64,000 bases of DNA. It comes from a virus (lineage: Duplodnaviria; Caudoviricetes). The stretch lies in IMG/VR virus record IMGVR_UViG_3300005546_000002, positions 1 through 64,000 of that record; one strand, written 5' to 3'. Each line of letters starts with the position of its first letter. The stretch's first letter is position 1. This document shows, piece by piece, positions 58,556 through 64,000 of the stretch. A program made the position numbers and the translations under genes. Under the pieces are notes generated by a model. That model was not told where the DNA came from and did no database searches. It saw only the letters and a list, made by a program, of their open reading frames with translations.

Positions 58556-58948
58556 TTATACTCGCTGGCCGGAGGCGAAGAAGTCTCGCAGACCATGCGG
58601 CTCCGCTACTTCGACCGCGTATCTCCAACAAGCGTCTACGATATTCTGTCCGTCTCCGCTGTGAGCCGCTGCTGCTAGGTATTCTTGATAGAAACTCCCC
58701 GGCACACTAATAATCTTTGGAGCCAAGCCGGGAACCCGAATAGCCGTCTTGAGCAGCAATTGCTCGTCTTCCGGCAAAGCGGTCTCTTCTTCCGTTAGCT
58801 GCTGGCGGCGCAATCTCTCGTTCAAGAACGGCCAGAACTCCAACCGGGCTCGCTCGTGAAACACCTGCAACTCGACTACCGCGAGCATCCAGTAAACGCC
58901 TTCGATAACGATCCCGCTATATAACGTATGATCTCGTTCGACCGCCAT
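58556..58948 (-). CDS. Hypothetical protein after the tail genes (tail-assembly-like)
   Basis: SD AAGGGG; position after the tail genes. Confidence 0.5.
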   Translation of the reverse strand: MAVERDHTLYSGIVIEGVYWMLAVVELQVFHERARLEFWPFLNERLRRQQLTEEETALPEDEQLLLKTAIRVPGLAPKIISVPGSFYQEYLAAAAHSGDGQNIVDACWRYAVEVAEPHGLRDFFASGQRV

Positions 58949-58979
58949 GAATTCCCCTTCTAGTCGTCGCTTACCTGCA

Positions 58980-59747
58980 TTATAGCACCGCGTCGTACAA
59001 CGTTAGATTAGCGGAGGCGTCCGAGTAACAGACCGTGATATTCTGAATGTAGACGGTCCCGCTTGATTGCTGTTTGATCTGCAAGTACAGAATATCCCCC
59101 CAATCGCAGGGCGAAGTCATATCGATAGACTTAGTAGCTGAAAACGTAGGATAGGTTGCTGTGTTTTCCGTTGCTGAGCTCCCAACTACTACCACAGTCC
59201 CGTTCCTTAGCTTTCGAACAACCTGCACTTCTGCGATACCTGCGCTCCGCGATAACTCGCACTTGATCCGATACTTCCCCGGCCTCGTAACCTGAAACGG
59301 ATTCGAGACATCCACGAAGCTCGTACTCGCCGTAGAGAACTCCGCTGGGCGACTAAGTATCTGGGTGTTGCCGGGCTCCACGGGCCGGAAGCCCATGAAG
59401 TAATCTGAGTCCGTGACATGCGAAGATAGGTCTACAAACTTCCCGGCTATCCATCGATTCCCGCCCCTATCAACTACAAGCGATACCGGATCGGAAGCTG
59501 CGGGAGCAGCATAGCGATGCCCATATTGCTGTATCAACCTGTGCGTCTTCGTCCCTACAGCCGCAGCGCTCTCCCACGGCTGCTGAACAGTTGGATTACC
59601 AGACCCGGACCACGCAGCCGGAATCTTCGCTTTCCAGACCCCAAAGATATCCAGCCCGCTCTTTTTCTGAGCGATGTCCAGTATGCGACCGAAGAGGCCG
59701 AACACCGAACTCTTGACCGGCACATTTGGTAAGTTAGGTTGTGACAT
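58980..59747 (-). CDS. Putative tail-tip/receptor-binding protein
   Basis: S/T/V-rich beta C-terminal domain; coupled to the tail genes. Confidence 0.5.
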   Translation of the reverse strand: MSQPNLPNVPVKSSVFGLFGRILDIAQKKSGLDIFGVWKAKIPAAWSGSGNPTVQQPWESAAAVGTKTHRLIQQYGHRYAAPAASDPVSLVVDRGGNRWIAGKFVDLSSHVTDSDYFMGFRPVEPGNTQILSRPAEFSTASTSFVDVSNPFQVTRPGKYRIKCELSRSAGIAEVQVVRKLRNGTVVVVGSSATENTATYPTFSATKSIDMTSPCDWGDILYLQIKQQSSGTVYIQNITVCYSDASANLTLYDAVL

Positions 59748-61611
59748 CTACCACGCTCAAAAACTGATGCTCCATCAACTCGGGGCCGAACCTTAATGTC
59801 CATTCATCTTCAACAAAGTCCGCATCAATCCCAAGTCCGGGGATTACCAATCGCAGCTTATCCCTGCTTTCATGTATCGGCCTCGGCAACGTCTTGACCC
59901 TCAGCCGCTGCGCCCATCGCGCCGTCTCGTCAGAAACTATTTGCTGTCCGATAGCACCCGCAGTCGTATTATCCGGGGCGTCAGTTTGAACCAATACCGG
60001 CTTCGTCGGGAGAAAGACCGTACTGGTCGCGCTCCGTGCCTTGTCGTTCGTGACTATCGCTTGCACATCAGCAACATCCGGGTTGCCGTTAAACACGATT
60101 GCTTGATTAACTACCTTTCGCTGCTCTATCGCTAGCGTCGTATCATCAGCCGCGCTAATCACGCTCGTCTCATCGGCTACCAACGTCTCTACTACAGCGC
60201 GGTTGATATCCAATACCTGTTGCTCGATAACCGCCGAACCAAAGCCCGTGAATCGTATCGGACGATAGTTAATCGCATTAAGCAGATAATTTATCGCATC
60301 GAGCGCCGGAGAGCCTACCTCGAAATCAATATCCGCTGAGGCCGTCAATGTCGTAGTCTGAACAGACCAAGCTACCGTATCGAACCCGGCAAGCCTCGCT
60401 ATCGCCAATACTCCTTTTGAAGTCGAGGTATCAGATGTTAAGAAGTTCCCGCCCGACTGCAAGGTAATTCTCGATCCTAGCTTATAATCAGCGAGCGCTC
60501 GCGCTTGATCTTGCATGGTCAACACGTCGGTTATCCCAGTCGTCGTATACTGGCGATCTAGCGTAGGTAACAACGCGGTTATTTGCGGCCATTCCGCATA
60601 CCCGCTACCGTCCGTTCCCGCTGTCGGCATCCTTACCCCATACCAGATTCTTATCCGGTCCCCTCTGTCCCTGTCGGTTAGAATCTCGTTCCGCTGATTC
60701 GCTCCCGCCTGAAATTCATCACGAATCGCTTTCGGACTCGGTACTCGGCTTAACATCCCGATCTCGTCTATCGAGCCCGGAAAATAATCACCACCCTGAT
60801 CCCTGCCAATCTCTATTGCGAGATTTGAGAAGTTCAACGTCTTCGATACAACGCTCTTATACACCCGTTTGGCATCGACGTACATCAACACCGCGCTCCC
60901 GTCGTAAATTCCTATTACATGATGAGCCTTCCCATCATTCACCGCAACGTCGCTTGTGTATATAATAGGAGTCGAAGGCGCGTCGGTAAAATAAAGCACC
61001 ATCTCTAGCTTACCAGTAGTACTTACTCGAAACTGAAACACGCTCTGGCTCGTAAAGTTCTCTCGGCTGATAATAACCTTACTCGCCGCCGCCGCCGAAG
61101 TCAGCGAAACCCAAGCGGACAAAAACAAGGTAGATACATCCATCCAAGCCGCATCCGCGATGCTTAGATACCCGCTCGATCCGTCAAGTATGATCGAGTT
61201 ATTCGCCGTATCCCCGGGCACCAGCGAACCCGCTCCGTAGGTAATTCCACTGTGGGTCGTAAAGGTTCGACCGTTGCCGGTCAAATCAACAAAGTTTCCA
61301 CTCGTCTCGCCTAACCGCAGATGGAAGAGTCGATTCTGCGCCAAGATAGTGTCAGCGAAGCTCCGTAGTGGCGCTGGATGCTGGGTATCACGAAGCGTTT
61401 CCAGGAATCGCACTTGAGCCCCGCCCTGAATTGGCTGATCTTCTCTGTGAGATACGCTTCCGTCAGACATCAGCCCGATCAAATCGTATAGCTTTACGAG
61501 ATCGCTATCCAGCAACTCGGCTCGAACACGGATCAGCAACGGCATATCTAGCCCCTGTAGAGCCCGATCTACCGCCGCCACCGTGTACCCGTTTACCGAT
61601 TTACTTAACAT
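59734..61611 (-). CDS. Minor tail protein with inserted LamG/concanavalin-A-like domain
   Basis: RLGETSG...DG...SAWV...DGKAHHVIGIYDGS..MYVD...FPGSIDEI; baseplate-hub-like C-terminus. Confidence 0.75.
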   Translation of the reverse strand: MLSKSVNGYTVAAVDRALQGLDMPLLIRVRAELLDSDLVKLYDLIGLMSDGSVSHREDQPIQGGAQVRFLETLRDTQHPAPLRSFADTILAQNRLFHLRLGETSGNFVDLTGNGRTFTTHSGITYGAGSLVPGDTANNSIILDGSSGYLSIADAAWMDVSTLFLSAWVSLTSAAAASKVIISRENFTSQSVFQFRVSTTGKLEMVLYFTDAPSTPIIYTSDVAVNDGKAHHVIGIYDGSAVLMYVDAKRVYKSVVSKTLNFSNLAIEIGRDQGGDYFPGSIDEIGMLSRVPSPKAIRDEFQAGANQRNEILTDRDRGDRIRIWYGVRMPTAGTDGSGYAEWPQITALLPTLDRQYTTTGITDVLTMQDQARALADYKLGSRITLQSGGNFLTSDTSTSKGVLAIARLAGFDTVAWSVQTTTLTASADIDFEVGSPALDAINYLLNAINYRPIRFTGFGSAVIEQQVLDINRAVVETLVADETSVISAADDTTLAIEQRKVVNQAIVFNGNPDVADVQAIVTNDKARSATSTVFLPTKPVLVQTDAPDNTTAGAIGQQIVSDETARWAQRLRVKTLPRPIHESRDKLRLVIPGLGIDADFVEDEWTLRFGPELMEHQFLSVVDVTT

Positions 61612-61628
61612 AGTCACGTCAACGTGAC

Positions 61629-62306
61629 TTACGCCACGCTCTCCCTGAAGTCCAGTACCTGAAACCCTAAGACGGTCACAGCCGCAGCCCCTCCGTAGTT
61701 TTCATCAACCGGCTGAATTCTCCCAAACCACTTATTACCCAGCCCGGTACGTAGACAGCAATACAGCCGAGAAAGAAACATTGATCGAATAGTCTCCCTG
61801 TCCGCGCTCCCAAACGGGACTACTATTGGTATCTGTACGCCTAGCTCTTCAATACCGGACAAGCCAACAACTGGAGCTAGCGCGTTGCCCAATACTCGCG
61901 CGAGCGATGCTAGTCCATAATCACGAGCATGAGCACCCGTCTCTGCGAGCTTCGCGGACAACACTGCGTTTTGAACCGGATCGTACTTAGTAACAGAGTG
62001 TAGCCACGCGCTCACCAGATGTACGGACCCATTCGCTGTCGCGCTCGCAGCCGTGTTCCCACTCGCGTCCACAGCTACCATCTGATAAGTATATGGAACG
62101 TCCGAGGCCACCGCGAAATCATCGTATATCGCGCCAGCGGTACTCCAAGCTATCGGATCAGCGATCTTAACCGCCAACCCGCCGTATTCACCAATCGCAG
62201 ACCTGTACAGCCGATTATGATCTCCGGTCCCCGAGTTATGATACGCGATGCGTAGTTTCGAAGCCGACGTTGCGGTTATGCTGTCTATTACCGGAGAAGA
62301 TGGCAT
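61629..62306 (-). CDS. Tail protein (FN3-like plus distal-tail-like), paralog of the C-terminus of the upstream gene
   Basis: YDDFAVASDVPYTYQMVAVDASGN; CCLRTGLGNKWFGRI. Confidence 0.65.
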   Translation of the reverse strand: MPSSPVIDSITATSASKLRIAYHNSGTGDHNRLYRSAIGEYGGLAVKIADPIAWSTAGAIYDDFAVASDVPYTYQMVAVDASGNTAASATANGSVHLVSAWLHSVTKYDPVQNAVLSAKLAETGAHARDYGLASLARVLGNALAPVVGLSGIEELGVQIPIVVPFGSADRETIRSMFLSRLYCCLRTGLGNKWFGRIQPVDENYGGAAAVTVLGFQVLDFRESVA

Positions 62307-63998
62307 CTACAATCCCTCGCTGTATCTCGTCTGTTCGACCTCGAAAGTGACGATATGCAATTCATGGTCGTCAACAACCTTTGGTCTGCTCATCCGCCCG
62401 AAGATTCGATTACCGAGATTGTCTCTCGCGCAGCAGACATTCCCGCTCTGAGCCCGCCAGATAATAAACAGGTCGGTCAGCGTAGACTCCTGCGCGAACG
62501 GTATCGCCACAGAGACGGCCATTCGCTCCCATACGGCCTGCCCGTAGACGATAACCGGAGCCGATCTGCCAATCATCTGAAAGACCCCGGCTGCTTCATT
62601 ATAACCATGAGTCGCCGAATCGGCTAGACTCAGGAGACTAACCGGATTCCCCAGCGCATTGCTACTCGCGTTACTCCTATGGACCGCATGAACCGCAAGG
62701 TTATCTAATGTCAATACCTGCGCGCTCGAATCAGCTCCGTCAGTAAACAGCCCGGCGCTGTTATATGCGCGTGGGAAATATACGTACTGGACGCCTGATT
62801 TAACGTTATAGTCAGCAAAGCTCCCGTCTTCAAGTATCAGCCGACCAACTCTCAACGCCAGTGCCTTCGCTTGACCGCTTATCCGCCGCCATACCTCATT
62901 GTAGCTTACACTGTCGCTATTGGTAATCCGCGTCAAGATATGCAACAAGCCTAGAGAATAGAGAGCAGTCGGGGTCGCCGGACCGGTATAAGCGGGGGTA
63001 AACGTCTCGCTGTCTTCCGTGCTCCATAAGCCATACGAATTCTTAACACTGAGATAAAGCGTAACAGCGATTCCGTTCGCAAACGAATAAGGAGATTCAA
63101 CGAACGACAAAACCGACCCGGCTACCTCTTCCGAATTATACGCCTCAACGCCGCCGATAACCACGCGCATACGGCGGGCAACGAACGCATCAGCGGCGGT
63201 AAAGGTAATCGTAGGCTGTGGATTTGACGGCGGGCTCCCCGCGAGCGGAGCCGTGATATTTGGCGCAGCCGGAAGAGCAGCGACAATAAATGCCCGCGCA
63301 GCCGAGTAAGCGGACTCCAACGATACCCCTCTAGTCTTAACCTTCAGATATACAGTCGTACCCACCGCCAGCGCTGAAAAGTCAATTGACGTGCCTTGAA
63401 CAGCCGTCGATGTCGGCCCGACTGTCGTAGGACTCGTAAAAGCAATGTCCGTTGCCCATTGGAGGGTAAACTGAGTTTGGGGATTACCCGATCCCCCTTG
63501 ATGCGCCCAAGCAATCGGAACAACAACCGCTTTGTTATACGCGACTCCCGCTGCGGGCAGGCTAATAACTGGCGGACCCGGAGTAGTTTCCGCGATGATA
63601 GCAAACGTCGTATCGCTTGTATCATAATCAGCACTATACAACGTTCCATCGAAAGCACGAACACGAATCAGATTTCCAGAACCTACAACGTTCGGCACCG
63701 TCCAAGCCTTGGATGTTACACCGGCGCTACTCAATCCTATGGTAGTCCACGTCCCACCATTATTCGTGCTATAACTGTATTCATACTGCAACGCGCTTTG
63801 AGCGACAGTCGGACTCGCCGCTGCCGTACAGTCGAGGGTAACGGAGGCTCCTACTACTAGGCTTTGCCCCCCATTCGGGTACACCACAGTCGAAATCGTT
63901 GGCCCCGGATACTGCTTGATCCCAAAAATGATATTCGCGTAAAGCCCGCTGATCCCAGTAAACGAGTTAGACCGAATGCCCGTACTACCGCTGTTCAG
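62307..63998 (-). CDS. Virion tail protein with Ig/FN3-like repeats (5' partial)
   Basis: Frame is open to the window edge; YSTNNGGTWTTI...IRVRAFDG FN3-like motifs. Confidence 0.75.
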   Translation of the reverse strand: MNSGSTGIRSNSFTGISGLYANIIFGIKQYPGPTISTVVYPNGGQSLVVGASVTLDCTAAASPTVAQSALQYEYSYSTNNGGTWTTIGLSSAGVTSKAWTVPNVVGSGNLIRVRAFDGTLYSADYDTSDTTFAIIAETTPGPPVISLPAAGVAYNKAVVVPIAWAHQGGSGNPQTQFTLQWATDIAFTSPTTVGPTSTAVQGTSIDFSALAVGTTVYLKVKTRGVSLESAYSAARAFIVAALPAAPNITAPLAGSPPSNPQPTITFTAADAFVARRMRVVIGGVEAYNSEEVAGSVLSFVESPYSFANGIAVTLYLSVKNSYGLWSTEDSETFTPAYTGPATPTALYSLGLLHILTRITNSDSVSYNEVWRRISGQAKALALRVGRLILEDGSFADYNVKSGVQYVYFPRAYNSAGLFTDGADSSAQVLTLDNLAVHAVHRSNASSNALGNPVSLLSLADSATHGYNEAAGVFQMIGRSAPVIVYGQAVWERMAVSVAIPFAQESTLTDLFIIWRAQSGNVCCARDNLGNRIFGRMSRPKVVDDHELHIVTFEVEQTRYSEGL

Positions 63999-64000
63999 GA

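Larger units (their letters stand above)
2661..61628. repeat. Dispersed 16-bp quasi-palindrome GTCACGTYRACGTGAC (often with AAA/TTT flanks), 30 copies
   Basis: Copies start at 2661, 3972, 6502, 8295, 9255, 10645, 12954, 15075, 15632, 18270, 20295, 21761, 23966, 26117, 28582, 30434, 33334, 34583, 35684, 37630, 38346, 40460, 42053, 44041, 49930, 51813, 53693, 56571, 58540, 61613; 0-2 mismatches, 12954 more degenerate. Confidence 0.97.
1..64000. mobile_element. Tailed bacteriophage genome segment (early, replication, modification, lysis and tail modules)
   Basis: Dense co-oriented short ORFs, endolysin and spanin-like genes, tail proteins, phage-type DnaB/RuvC/Cas4-like genes, no host housekeeping operons. 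Confidence 0.95.

Noticed and set aside
2661-61628. Palindromic repeats as a CRISPR array or integron attC cassettes
   Set aside because: Copies are only 16 bp, kilobases apart and often inside ORFs; there is no spacer periodicity, no attC R/L box architecture and no integrase or cas1 in the window

Overview
A 64 kb segment of a large tailed-phage genome. The host is not determinable with certainty; the DnaB N-terminus reads as Acidobacteria-like, which is inference only. No integrase, tRNA, rRNA or CRISPR array was seen. Nearly all genes are on the minus strand, except plus-strand islands at about 6.9-13.3 kb, 35.2-35.7 kb and 51.9-53.6 kb. From right to left the window holds minor tail proteins, a lysis module, many small accessory genes, a replication/recombination block (replication protein, DnaB, RuvC-like, SbcC-like, Cas4-like nucleases), a DNA-modification operon, four methyltransferase-like genes and recA. 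Standout features: (1) a translationally coupled operon (ParB-N, TET/JBP dioxygenase, amino acid:DNA transferase, FAD oxidoreductase, GNAT, P-loop kinase) that looks like a fully post-replicative thymine hypermodification pathway; (2) a 16-bp quasi-palindrome GTCACGTYRACGTGAC in 30 copies at roughly 2 kb spacing, including inside ORFs; (3) a PAPS-reductase-family gene with an in-frame UGA at a CxxC cysteine position followed 11 nt later by a SECIS-like hairpin, a candidate phage selenoprotein; (4) a stand-alone intein C-terminal fragment fused to a helicase C-terminus; (5) three strongly structured non-coding RNA candidates; (6) a family of about 11 conserved sigma70-type promoters and a 4-copy intergenic element of about 105 bp. 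All calls come from reading motifs by eye; no searches were run.
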